Part shown: positions 26,905 through 36,887 of the stretch, in pieces
Position numbering within the stretch: the stretch's first letter is position 1
Layout: every line of letters begins with the position of its first letter
NCBI GenBank assembly: GCA_963708025.1
Contig: CAVPSB010000012.1
Span: 64,001 to 128,000 of the forward strand
Direction of reading: 5' to 3'
Length of the DNA: 64,000 nt
Source of the DNA: an uncultured Candidatus Rokubacteria bacterium
Lineage (GTDB): Bacteria; Methylomirabilota; Methylomirabilia; Rokubacteriales; DASRDR01
Made by a program: the position numbers and the translations under genes
Notes under the pieces: model-generated
What the model was told of the DNA's origin: nothing
The model's database searches: none
What the model saw: only the letters and a program-made list of their open reading frames with translations

Positions 26905-28269
26905 TCAGGTCCCGAAAACCCGGCAGAGCGCCATGAGGCCGCCCGGCGTCCCCGACGGCAGCGCGTCCACGGCCGCGGCCAGCCGCGCGACCGCGGGAGC
27001 CGGCAGGACGCGGCCGGCGGTCGCCTCGAACTTGGCGAGGAGTCGCTCGGCGGTCACCACGCCGTGGCCGGTCGCCTCGGCCGCCAGCGTGCGGCCGTCA
27101 CGAGTCTGGAGCGTGACGGCCCCCGCGAAGTCGTGGGCGACGTCGGCCGCCTCCGCGTGGCCGACGCGCGCGGCCATCGCCAGGAGGTCCGGCCGGCGGA
27201 TGGCGCCCTCCCCGAAGGTGTCGAGGTCCACCCGGCCGTCAACCAGCGCGGCCGCCAGCGCGAACGGGAGACTGGCCCGGGCCTGGTACTCGGTCTCGGG
27301 AGCGATCCGCGAGGCCCGGGGCTCGCAGACGATCGGGATCTGCCAGGGCGCCACCTGGCAGCGCACGGTCGCGATCGCGTCGGGCGCGAGCGCGTGCCGG
27401 CTCCGGAGGGCCAGGGCTGCGTCGAGAAAGGGATGGATCACGTGAGCGCACGGGTAGAGCTTGGGGAGGACCGCGCGGCTCGCCCATTCGCGGCCCAGGC
27501 CCCGCGTGACGGTGGCGAGGTCGGCCGCCTCGGCGCCGCCGAGGAAGGCCGCGTAGAGCCCGTGGCGGCCCTCGACCACCGAGACCGGCCCCGGAAAGCC
27601 GGCTGCGGCGAGCTGGCTCGCCACGATGCCGCCGTGGCCGGCCCAGCCGGGGTGGAGGCGCTTGGACCACGATCCGTCGGCGAGGAACTCGAGCAGCCCG
27701 CCCGCCATGCTGCCGGCGAGCCCCATCGCCTCGGCGGTCTGCCGCGACGCCAGGCCGGCCAGCTTCGCGGCGACCGCGGCGGCCACGAGGGGCCCCACGA
27801 CACCCGAGGCGTGGAACCCTCGGGCGTGGAGCCGCCGGCCGGCGGGCGCGCCGAGGCGCGCGGCCAGCTCGTACCCGGCGGCGATCGCCGCCAGGACCGC
27901 CGCGCCGTCGGTCCCGGCCGCCTCGCCCACGGCGAGGGCGGTGGGAACGACCAGGCTTCCCGGGTGGACGACCGGGGCAGGGAGCGTGTCGTCGAAGTCG
28001 AGAGCGTGGGCGAGGGTGCCGTGGGCGAGCGCGGCCCACGTGGCGGGGAGCCGCTCGGCCCGCCCGACGACGCTGGCCTCGGGCCGCCCACCCTGTCGCG
28101 TCGCGACTGCGAGCACCGCCCGCCCCGGGGGCTCATCGACCGCCGCCAGGATGACGCCGAGCGTGTCCAGGAGCCAGAGCCGGACCGCCGTCTGGTGGTC
28201 GGCCGTGAGATCCCCCCAGCGGAGCGCGCTGCTCCACTCCGCCAGCGTCAGGGCCAGTCGCTCCGCCAT
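26905..28269 (-). CDS. MmgE/PrpD family protein
   Basis: LDTLG, HGTLAHALDFDDT..HPG, KRLHPGWA, KLYPCAH; SD AGGAGG on minus strand. Confidence 0.88.
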   Translation of the reverse strand: MAERLALTLAEWSSALRWGDLTADHQTAVRLWLLDTLGVILAAVDEPPGRAVLAVATRQGGRPEASVVGRAERLPATWAALAHGTLAHALDFDDTLPAPVVHPGSLVVPTALAVGEAAGTDGAAVLAAIAAGYELAARLGAPAGRRLHARGFHASGVVGPLVAAAVAAKLAGLASRQTAEAMGLAGSMAGGLLEFLADGSWSKRLHPGWAGHGGIVASQLAAAGFPGPVSVVEGRHGLYAAFLGGAEAADLATVTRGLGREWASRAVLPKLYPCAHVIHPFLDAALALRSRHALAPDAIATVRCQVAPWQIPIVCEPRASRIAPETEYQARASLPFALAAALVDGRVDLDTFGEGAIRRPDLLAMAARVGHAEAADVAHDFAGAVTLQTRDGRTLAAEATGHGVVTAERLLAKFEATAGRVLPAPAVARLAAAVDALPSGTPGGLMALCRVFGT

Positions 28270-28291
28270 CGCCGGGGTTCCTCCTGAGCGG

Positions 28292-29420
28292 ATGATCCGC
28301 CCCTTCGACCTCGCCAACTGGCCCACGCCGATCACCTTCGGTCCGGGGCGGGTCACGGACCTGCCGGCACTCCTCGACGCGGCCGACGTGCGCCGGCCGC
28401 TCGTCGTGTGCGGCCGGAGCGTGGCCGGCAGCCCGGTCCTGCCCCGGGTGGTGGCCGCGCTCGCCGGGATCCCGGCAGTCGTCTACGCCGGCGTCGAGAC
28501 GCACGCGCCGCTGCCGAGCGTGCGCGCCGGCGCCGACGCCGCGGTCCGGCACGGCGCCGACGGCCTCGTCAGTGTCGGGGGCGGCAGCGCCATCGACACC
28601 GCGAAGTGCATCGCGCTCCTCGTCGCCGTCAACGGCGACGTCACCCCCTACGCCCTCCGCTACGGCGAGACCGGGAGCGAGGCGCGGCGCGCGCTGCCGG
28701 CATCCACACTACCGCACATCGCGGTGCCGACCACGGCGGGATCGGCGAGCGAGGTCATGCCGGGGGCGGGCTTCCGGGACGTGGCCGCCGGCCGCCGGGT
28801 ACTCTTCCGCGACCGGCGCCTCCAGCCGAGGGCCGCGCTGCTCGATCCCGAGCTGGCCGTCTTCGCCGGGCCCGCGCTCACCGCCAGCTCCGGGATGACC
28901 GCGGTCGCGCGCTGCGTGGAGGCGCTCTACTCCCGGGACCGCCAGCCGCTCTCGGAGGCCCTCGCGCTCCAGAGCTGGCGACTGCTGCGCCGCGGGCTGC
29001 CGCGGGCGGTCGCCGCGCCCGAGGACGTGGCGGCGCGCGCCGAGTGCCAGATCGGCTGCCTGCTGTCGGGCGTCGCCGTCGAACAACGCGATGGCCTCGC
29101 TGGTCCACGCCATCGGCCACGTGATGGGGGGACGCTACGGCCTGCCGCACGGCGTCGCGCACGGGATCCTGCTGCCGCCCGCGCTCCGCCTGCTGTGGCC
29201 GAGCCTCGGCGACGGCCCCCCGGAGGCAGCCGGGCTGGCCGACGCCGTCGCCGCGCTGCACGCCGGCCTGCCGCTGCCGCGTCGCCTCCGCGAAGCCGGC
29301 GTCGGCGCGGCCGACCTGGCGGCCATCGCGGCGGCGACGCTGGGCGACTCCATGATCGCCCACGCGCCCCGCCCGGTGAGCGAGGCCGAGGTCCGGGGCC
29401 TGCTGGAGGCGGCGTGGTAG
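28292..29420 (+). CDS. Iron-containing alcohol dehydrogenase/maleylacetate reductase family; frameshift near 29080
   Basis: ITFGPG, GGGSAIDTAK, VPTTAGSASE; continues in shifted frame MASLVHAIGH..PHG. Confidence 0.82.
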
Positions 29421-31525
29421 CGCGACCGGCGGGGGCCGGCGTCCGGGTCGGGGTGGACATCGGCGGCACGTTCACCGACATCGTCGCCCTCGGCGCCGAC
29501 GGGGCGGTGTACACCCGGAAGGTCTCCTCCAGCGCCGACGACTACGCGCGGGCGATCCTCGAGGGCATCCGCGCCCTCTGCCGCGAGACCGGGCTCCGGC
29601 CCGACGCCATCGTCGAGGTCCTCCACGGGACGACCGTGGCGTCGAACGCGGTCCTGGAGCGGGCCGGGGCCCGGACCGGCCTGATCACGACCCACGGGTT
29701 CCGCGACGTCCTCGAGATCCGGCGCCTCCGCATGCCCCGGCTCTACGACCTCGCCTGGGAGAAGCCGGTCCCGCTCGTCGCGCGCCGGCTGCGGACCGAG
29801 GTGACCGAGCGGGTCGACGCCCGCGGCGAGATCGTCGAGCCCCTCCACCCCGACGAGGTCGAGCGCGCCCTCGATCACCTCCTGGCGGAGGGGGTCGAGA
29901 CCCTCGCCGTCTGCCTGATCAACGCCTACGCGAACCCGGTCCACGAGCGGGCGATCGAGGCGATCGTCCGCCGGCGCGTCCCCGATCTCCCGGTCTGCCT
30001 GAGCGCCGAGGTGCTGCCGGAGATCAAGGAGTACGAGCGGACCTCGACGACGGTCGTGAACGCCTACGTCTTGCCGGTCGTCCGGCGCTACCTGGAGAGC
30101 CTGGGCGCCGGGCTGGCGGCGATGGAGGTCGGGGCGCCGCTCCACATCATGCAGTCGAACGGCGGGCTCATGAGCGCGGAGGCGGCCGCCCGGCATCCGA
30201 TGCACATGATCGAGTCGGGACCGGCCGCCGGTGTGGTCGGCGCCCAGGCGCTGTGCCGGCGGCTCGGGCTCGGCCGGGTCATCACCTTCGACATGGGCGG
30301 CACGACGGCGAAGGCGTCGAGCATCGACGACGGCGAGATCAACCGGACGGCCGAGATCCAGGTGGGCGGCGGCATCACCCAGGGCTCCCGGCTCCTGACC
30401 GGGGCGGGGTACTGCCTCCGGGTCCCCGCGATCGACCTGGCCGAGGTGGGGGCCGGCGGCGGCTCGATCGTGTGGATCGACGCCGGGGGCAGCCTGCGGG
30501 TGGGGCCCCGGAGCGCCGGGGCCGCGCCCGGACCGCTCTGCTATGGCCTGGGCGGGACCGAGCCCACGATCACCGACGCCAACCTGATCCTCGGCTACCT
30601 CAACCCCCGCCAGCTGGCCGGCGGCGCGGTGAAGCTCGACGCGGCGCGGGCCCACGAGGTCTTCGACGCCCGGATCGCTGGCCCGCTCGGCCTGCCGCGG
30701 GCCGAGGCGGCCCACGGCGCCCACCTGATCGCGGCGTCGAACATGATCCGCGCGATCAAGGCGGTCACCACCGAGCGCGGCCGGGACCCGCGCGAGTTCG
30801 TCCTCTTCGCGTTCGGCGGGAACGGTCCCCTCTTCGCCGCCGGGATGGCCCGGGCGCTGGAGATGCGGCGGATCGTCGTGCCGCCGGCGCCCGGCCTCTT
30901 CTCGGCGTTCGGCCTCCTGTACGCCGACGTCGAGTGTCATGGCGTCCGCACCCACCGGGCCCGGACGCGCGAGCTGGACCCCGGCCACGTGGCGAGCGTC
31001 TGGCAGGCGCTCGAGGACGAGGGCCGCGCCCGGCTCACCGCCGGCGCGGCGCCGGCGCAGCCGGGGACGACCATCCGGGCCCGGCGCCTGGCCGACCTGC
31101 GCTACCAGGGCCAGACCTCCGAGCTGACGGTGCCCGTCGCCGACGGCCCGCTCGACGCGGCGGCCGTCGCCGCCCTCGAGGAGGCCTTCGGCCGGGAGTA
31201 CGAGCGGACGTACGGCCAGCGGGGTGGCGCCCAGGAGCCGATCGAGCTGGTCAACCTGCGCGTCGTGGTCCAGGTGGTGCCCGACCGGCCGCGCTTGCCC
31301 GAGCGCCTCGACCTCGACCGGAGCGCAGGTGAGGGCGGGGTCCGGCGCGCCTACTTCGGCCCCGAGCACGGCTGGCTCGACACGCCGGTGCTCGGCCGCG
31401 AGGAGCTCGGGTCCCGGCGCTCCGGGCCGTGCATCGTCGAGGAATACGACGCGACGTGCCTGGTGCCGCCGGGCGCCACCGCGACGCTCGACGGGTACGG
31501 GAACATCCTGGTGGACCTGCCGTGA
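29414..31525 (+). CDS. Hydantoinase A/5-oxoprolinase ATP-binding subunit
   Basis: GVDIGGTFTD, HGTTVASNA, DMGGTT, GAGGGS, FGGNG. Confidence 0.9.
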   Translation: MVARPAGAGVRVGVDIGGTFTDIVALGADGAVYTRKVSSSADDYARAILEGIRALCRETGLRPDAIVEVLHGTTVASNAVLERAGARTGLITTHGFRDVLEIRRLRMPRLYDLAWEKPVPLVARRLRTEVTERVDARGEIVEPLHPDEVERALDHLLAEGVETLAVCLINAYANPVHERAIEAIVRRRVPDLPVCLSAEVLPEIKEYERTSTTVVNAYVLPVVRRYLESLGAGLAAMEVGAPLHIMQSNGGLMSAEAAARHPMHMIESGPAAGVVGAQALCRRLGLGRVITFDMGGTTAKASSIDDGEINRTAEIQVGGGITQGSRLLTGAGYCLRVPAIDLAEVGAGGGSIVWIDAGGSLRVGPRSAGAAPGPLCYGLGGTEPTITDANLILGYLNPRQLAGGAVKLDAARAHEVFDARIAGPLGLPRAEAAHGAHLIAASNMIRAIKAVTTERGRDPREFVLFAFGGNGPLFAAGMARALEMRRIVVPPAPGLFSAFGLLYADVECHGVRTHRARTRELDPGHVASVWQALEDEGRARLTAGAAPAQPGTTIRARRLADLRYQGQTSELTVPVADGPLDAAAVAALEEAFGREYERTYGQRGGAQEPIELVNLRVVVQVVPDRPRLPERLDLDRSAGEGGVRRAYFGPEHGWLDTPVLGREELGSRRSGPCIVEEYDATCLVPPGATATLDGYGNILVDLP

Positions 31526-33288
31526 CGCTGCCGCGGCTGGATCCCATCGCCTTCGAGCTGTTCAAGAACGCGCTCTTCGCGATCGCCGACGAGATGGCCC
31601 TCACCATCTTCCGGACGGCGTACTCCGGCGTGCTGAAGGACGTGATGGACTTCTCGACGGCGTTCTGCGACGGGGCCGGGCGGACCGTCGCCCAGGGCCT
31701 GACCCAGCCGGCTCACCTCTTCGCGTTCCCGGAGGCCCTCCAGGCGACACTCGAGCGCTACGGGGACCGAATGCGACCCGGCGACGTCTACTGCCTGAAC
31801 GACCCCTACGAGGGTGGGATGCACCTGCCCGACGTGTTCATCCTCAAGCCGATCTTCCACCGGGGCGAGCGGCTGGCCTTCGCCGGGACCCTCTGCCACC
31901 AGACCGACGTCGGCGGGCGGGTGCCCGGCTCGAACGCCGCCGACTCGACCGAGATCTACCAGGAGGGGCTCCGCATCCCGCCCGTCCCGATGTACGAGGC
32001 CGGCCAGCCCAACGCGACCCTCTTCGCGCTGATCGAGAAGAACGTCCGGCTCCCCGGCCGCGTGCTCGGCGACCTCCGGGCCCAGCTCGCCGCCTGTCAC
32101 GTGGCCGAGACGGCGTTCCTGCGCCTGGTCGCGCGCCACGGCGCCGACGGCGTCAAGGCCTACATGGACGAGCTGATCGAGTACACCGACCGGCTGACGC
32201 GCGCCGCGATCATGGCCTTGCCCGACGGGACGGCCCACTTCGAGGACTGGATCGACGACGACGGGATCGACCTGGGCCGGCCGATCCCGCTCACGGTGAC
32301 CTTGACCAAGACGGGCGACCGCCTGGTGGCCGACTGGACCGGCTCGGCCCTCCAGGTCCGGGGCGCCATCAACAGCACCCTGTCCTTCACCAAGGCCGCC
32401 ACCTTCACATGCCTCAAGGCGGTCCTGCCGGTGGACATCCCCGCGAACGCCGGCTTCTACCGGGCGATCGAGGTGATCGCGCCGCCGGGGACCATCGCCA
32501 ACGCGGTGCCGCCGGCGGCGACCGCGGCCCGCGCGCTGACCGGCTTCCGGATGGTGGACTGCTGCCTGGGCGCCTTGGCCCAACTCCTGCCCGATCGCGT
32601 GCCGGCCGCCTCCGAGGGCGGGAATACCGGCGTCTCCATCGGCGGGTACTACCCGGACCGAACGCCGTTCATCCACGTCGAGTTTTTCTGCGGGGCCTGG
32701 GGCGGGCGGCCGTGGGCGGACGGGCTCGACGGCAACGCCCACCTCTTCGGCAACATCTCCCTCCTGCCGGCCGAGGTGTGCGAGACCGAGAGCCCGGCGG
32801 AGATCCTCGCCGTCGAGTTCATCGAGGACTCAGGCGGGCCGGGTCGCTTCCGGGGTGGCGCCGGCTTCCGGCGCGTGTACCGCTTCCTCGCCGACGAGGG
32901 AACGCTCCAGGTTCGCTCGGACCGCCACACGTTCCGCCCGTACGGCCTCTACGGCGGGCAGCCGGGCCGGCCGTCGCGGAACGTCCTGAACCCGGGGCCG
33001 GCGGCGCGCGCGCTGCCGGCGAAGCTCACGATGCCGATCCGCCGGGGGGACGTCTTCTGCCACGAGCTGCCGGGAGGCGGCGGGTGGGGCGATCCGCTGG
33101 CCCGGGAGCCCGAGCGCGTGCTCGCCGACGTCCGCAACGGGTTCGTGAGCGTGGCCGCCGCCCGGGACGACTACGGCGTCGTGATCGACGCCGGAACGTT
33201 GGCGCTGGACGCCGGCGCCACCGAGCGCCTGCGCGCCGGGCGGCGGGCCGCCCGCGCGGGGGGTGCGCTGCCGGCGGTCTCGCGCTGA
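31522..33288 (+). CDS. Hydantoinase B/oxoprolinase subunit
   Basis: NDPYEGGMHLPD, HQTDVGG, EIYQEGL, GGGGWGDP. Confidence 0.9.
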   Translation: MTLPRLDPIAFELFKNALFAIADEMALTIFRTAYSGVLKDVMDFSTAFCDGAGRTVAQGLTQPAHLFAFPEALQATLERYGDRMRPGDVYCLNDPYEGGMHLPDVFILKPIFHRGERLAFAGTLCHQTDVGGRVPGSNAADSTEIYQEGLRIPPVPMYEAGQPNATLFALIEKNVRLPGRVLGDLRAQLAACHVAETAFLRLVARHGADGVKAYMDELIEYTDRLTRAAIMALPDGTAHFEDWIDDDGIDLGRPIPLTVTLTKTGDRLVADWTGSALQVRGAINSTLSFTKAATFTCLKAVLPVDIPANAGFYRAIEVIAPPGTIANAVPPAATAARALTGFRMVDCCLGALAQLLPDRVPAASEGGNTGVSIGGYYPDRTPFIHVEFFCGAWGGRPWADGLDGNAHLFGNISLLPAEVCETESPAEILAVEFIEDSGGPGRFRGGAGFRRVYRFLADEGTLQVRSDRHTFRPYGLYGGQPGRPSRNVLNPGPAARALPAKLTMPIRRGDVFCHELPGGGGWGDPLAREPERVLADVRNGFVSVAAARDDYGVVIDAGTLALDAGATERLRAGRRAARAGGALPAVSR

Positions 33289-33343
33289 CCGGCTCCGCCC
33301 CGTAGCGCGGCGGCGCCGGCGCCGGGTAGAATGGAAGGCCCGA

Positions 33344-33404
33344 GAGAGCGTGCGCGTGAAGCAGTCGGTAGAGTAGGTGGAGGGGTGGGCGGGAGGTCTC
33401 GAAC
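33344..33404 (+). repeat. Degenerate family A repeat (ends only)
   Basis: GAGAGCGTG..GTGAAGCAGT and GGGGTGGGCGGGAGGTCTCGAAC; preceded by TAGAAT -10-like hexamer at 33327. Confidence 0.6.
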
Positions 33405-34701
33405 GTTCCAGCCGGCTGAGGAAACCCGCGACCCCGAGCGCCTCGAGCGCCTTCAGCTCGAGCGGCTCCGGGCGACGGTGGCGCGGATCGCGGACCACAA
33501 CCCCCGCTACCACGGGCACCTCGGCTCGATCGCCCCCCGCGACCTCGCCTCGCTCGACGATCTCCGCGCGCTCCCGTTCCTCACCAAGACCGCTCTCCGC
33601 GACGCCTACCCGTACGGCCTGGCCTGCCTGGGGCCCGATCCGATCCTCCGCGTCCACATGTCGTCGGGGACCACCGGGGCCCCCATCGTCAACCCCTCCA
33701 CGCCGGCCGACGTCCAGCAGTGGCGCGAGGTGATGGGCCGGTGCCTCGCGGCCGCGACCGTGGGGGCCACGGACGTCATCCAGGTCACCGCGTCCTTCGG
33801 CCTCTTCACCGGCGGCTTCGGCTTCCACTACGGCGCCGAGGCGGTCGGGGCCATGGTGGTGCCGATCGGCGCCGGGCGGACGCTTCTCCAGCTCCAGCTC
33901 CTGCGCGATCTCGGCGTCACGGCCCTCGCCGGCATCGCGACCTATCCGCTCCGCATGATCGAGGTGGCCCGCCAGGAAGGCTTCGACTTCGGGAAGACGC
34001 GGCTGCGGGTGGCCATCCTCGGCTCCGAGATGTGGTCCGACGAGCTGCGCGAGCGGATCGAGGCGGCGATGGGCGTGCGGACCTACGACCTGATCGGCAT
34101 GACGGAGACCGGCGGCCCCGGGATGGGCATCGACTGCGACGCCCGCGACGGGATCCACGTGTGGGGCGATCACTACCTGGCCGAGATCGTCGCCCCGGCG
34201 ACCGGGGCGGTCCTGGCGGACGGCGAGGTGGGTGAGCTGGTGGTCACCACGCTCACGCGCCAGGGGCTCCCGCTGATCCGGTACCGGACCCACGACCTGA
34301 CCCGGATCCGCTCCCGCCAGCGCTGCGCCTGCGGGCGGACCGGGATCCGGCTCGACCGCATCCGGGGACGGACCGACGACATGGTGATCGTCAAAGGGGT
34401 CAACTTCTATCCGAGTCAGGTGGAGCGGACGCTCCTGCGCCAGCCGGGCTTCGGGCACGAGTACCAGATCGTGCTCGAGCGCGATGCGGGCGGCGGCGAG
34501 CGGATCGTGCTGTGCGTCGAGGCGGAGCCCGGGTGCGGAACGGCCGCGGAGGAGCGGCTCCGGCGCGAGCTCCAGGACTTCCTCGGGATCACCCCGGAGA
34601 TCCGGCGGCTCGCCATTGGCGAGATTCCCCGGCCCCAGGGCAAGGCGGTGCGTGTCGTGGACCACCGGGGCACGGCCGCGGAAAGGACGGGCGTCTCATG
34701 A
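33385..34701 (+). CDS. Phenylacetate-CoA ligase family protein (PaaK-like); start uncertain
   Basis: HMSSGTTG, GLFTGGFGFHYGAE, PLIRYRT, GRTDDMVIVKGVNFYPSQVE. Confidence 0.88.
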   Translation: MGGRSRTFQPAEETRDPERLERLQLERLRATVARIADHNPRYHGHLGSIAPRDLASLDDLRALPFLTKTALRDAYPYGLACLGPDPILRVHMSSGTTGAPIVNPSTPADVQQWREVMGRCLAAATVGATDVIQVTASFGLFTGGFGFHYGAEAVGAMVVPIGAGRTLLQLQLLRDLGVTALAGIATYPLRMIEVARQEGFDFGKTRLRVAILGSEMWSDELRERIEAAMGVRTYDLIGMTETGGPGMGIDCDARDGIHVWGDHYLAEIVAPATGAVLADGEVGELVVTTLTRQGLPLIRYRTHDLTRIRSRQRCACGRTGIRLDRIRGRTDDMVIVKGVNFYPSQVERTLLRQPGFGHEYQIVLERDAGGGERIVLCVEAEPGCGTAAEERLRRELQDFLGITPEIRRLAIGEIPRPQGKAVRVVDHRGTAAERTGVS

Positions 34702-35264
34702 AGAAGCAAGCGTCGAGGAAGAAGGCGGCTCCGAAGGCGGTCGCCAAGAAGTCGGCCCCGAAGGCCCGGAAGTCCGCGAAGGCTCGCGTGTCGCCCATCC
34801 CCCAGGGCTTCCGCAGCGTCACGCCACAGCTCACGGTCCGCGGGGCCGCCGCGGCGATCGACTTCTACAAGCGGGCCTTCGGGTTCCGGGAGCTGATGCG
34901 GATGGCGTCGCCCGACGGGAAAGTGATGCATGCCGAGCTGAAGGTCGGGGACTCGATTTTCTTTCTGGGCGACGAGTTCCCCGCCGAGGGGTGCCAGTCC
35001 CCTCAGACCCTCGGTGGCGCCACCGGCTCGCTCCACGTCTACGTCCCCAACGTGGATGCGGCGTTCAAGCGGGCCGTCGACGCCGGGGCCCAGCCCACCA
35101 TGCCCGTCACCGACATGTTCTGGGGTGACCGCTACGGCAAGGTCAAGGACCCGTTCGGTCACGAGTGGGGGCTGGCCACGCACAAGGAGGATCTCACCCC
35201 GGCGCAGCAGCGGAAGCGCGGGGAGGAGTTCATGAAGCAGATGGCCCAGAAGCCGGCGGGCTAA
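34698..35264 (+). CDS. VOC/glyoxalase (PhnB-like) protein with Lys/Ala-rich N-terminus
   Basis: AIDFYKRAFG, VMHAEL, DMFWGDRYG..DPFGHEW. Confidence 0.88.
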   Translation: MKKQASRKKAAPKAVAKKSAPKARKSAKARVSPIPQGFRSVTPQLTVRGAAAAIDFYKRAFGFRELMRMASPDGKVMHAELKVGDSIFFLGDEFPAEGCQSPQTLGGATGSLHVYVPNVDAAFKRAVDAGAQPTMPVTDMFWGDRYGKVKDPFGHEWGLATHKEDLTPAQQRKRGEEFMKQMAQKPAG

Positions 35265-35380
35265 CCTGAACTGACGGTCCATCCGAGCATGCCGAGTCGC
35301 GTTCAGTGTGAGGTGGGCCGTGAAGAGCCTCCGAGCGGCGGCCCAAAGGCCGAAGGCCGTCCAATGGCCGCCGCCACGAC

Positions 35381-35420
35381 GGGGGGGCATCGGGGGGGTC
35401 TTCCGAGACTCCCCCGAAGG
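35381..35420 (+). repeat. Family C repeat GGGGGGG..CGGGGGGGTCTTCCGAGACTCCCCCGAAGG
   Basis: Near-identical reverse-complement copy at 40761-40800; a 21-nt unit lies just upstream at 35343-35363. Confidence 0.75.
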
Positions 35421-35427
35421 AGGCGGC

Positions 35428-36748
35428 ATGACTAGCGGGCCCGGCGAGACCCTGCTCCGCTTCGTGGTCGAGGCACGCGACGAGGAGCTGCCGAAGGCCG
35501 CCCTCGAGCACGCCCGGCTGGCGGTGCTCGACTGGTGGGGCGTCACCGTCGGCGGCGCCGACGAGCCGGTGGCGCGCATCCTGCGAGAGACCGTGGGCGC
35601 GCCGCCGGGCCCGTCCGCCGTTCTGGGCACCCCGCACGCGACCACACCGCTGACCGCCGCGCTCCTGAACGGCACCGCGTCCCACGCCCTCGACTACGAC
35701 GACGTCACGCTCGCGGTGCCGGGTCACCTGACGGCCCCACTCCTGCCGGGCCTCCTCGCCGTCGCGGAGGCCCGCGGGCTCGGCGGCCGGTCGCTTCTCA
35801 CGGCCTTCGTCCTGGGCGTCGAGGTGGCCTCGCGGGTGGCGCGGGCGCTGGCGCCGGGGCACTACCGGGCCGGCTGGCACGCCACCGCGACGGTCGGCCG
35901 CCTGGGCGGCGCCGCCGCCGTCGGGCGCCTCCTCGGACTCGACGGGGCGCGGCTCGAGGCCGCGATCGGGCTCGCCGCTGTCCAGGCCGGCGGGATCCAG
36001 GAGGCCTTCGGCAGCATGGCCAAGCCCTTCCAGGTCGGGCGGGCGGCCGCCGACGCTCTCCTCGGCGCGCTCGCCGCGGAGGGCGGGATGACGGGACCAC
36101 GGGCCATCCTCGACCGCGAGGGCTGGGCCCGCCGACTCTCCCCGGCCTGGGAGCCCACGCGCCTGACCGAGGACCTGGGGCGCCGCTACGCCGTCGGCGA
36201 GCTCCACTTCAAGCGCTACCCCTGCTGCTTCGCCACCCACGCGGCCATCAGCGGCCTCCTGGCCCTGCGCGCCGCCGTGCCCGCCGATCGGGCGATCGAG
36301 GCCGTCGAGCTGGAGGTCTCGCCCACCACGCTCCAGGTGGCCGACCAGCGGAGGCCGAGCACGGGGCTCGGCGGCAAGTTCAGCGTCACCTACTGCGCCG
36401 CCGCCGCCCTCCTGCGCGGCCGGGTCAGCGAGGCTGACTTCGCCGACGCGGCCGTGACCGAGCCCGCCGCCCAGGCGCTGGCCGCGCGGGTCGCGCTCGT
36501 CGCCAACCCCGCCCTCGACGAGACCCGCGCGCACGTCCGCGTGCGTCTGGCCGGCGGCGAGACCCGCGAGCGGCTGGCCGACCTCGCGGCCGAGAGCGAC
36601 GCGGACGGAATGCGCCGCGATCTCACGGCGAAGTTCCGCGACCTGGTCGCGCCCCGGCTGGGGGACGCGGCCACCGAGCGACTTCACGCCGCGCTCGAGT
36701 CGCTCGACGAAGCTCGACGACCTGCGCGAGCTGACCCGCATCCGATGA
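35428..36748 (+). CDS. MmgE/PrpD family protein (probable +1 indel near 36710)
   Basis: LNGTASHALDYDD, GWHATAT, KRYPCCFATH, KFS..Y; corrected end LDDLRELTRIR*. Confidence 0.85.
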
Positions 36749-36830
36749 GACCGACTCCCCGGTGGTCACGCGGGACGTCTCGAGGAAGGCCGCCGGCCAC
36801 TGGTACGTCCAGGATCGACGGGATTCGGAC

Positions 36831-36887
36831 GGTCGCCCCCCCTCCCCCCGGCGGGTGGGGAGGGGTCGGGGGTGGGGGTGGATCCAA
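36831..36887 (+). repeat. Family B G/C-tract scaffold, empty form
   Basis: GGTCGCCCCCCCTCCCCCCGG-CGGGTGGGGAGGGGTCG-GGGGTGGGGGTGG. Confidence 0.8.

Noticed and set aside
27626-31525. Apparent ADH-hydantoinase fusion (1299 aa)
   Set aside because: Frameshift near 29080 plus antisense shadow of prpD; the ADH C-terminus is ORF 29091-29420.
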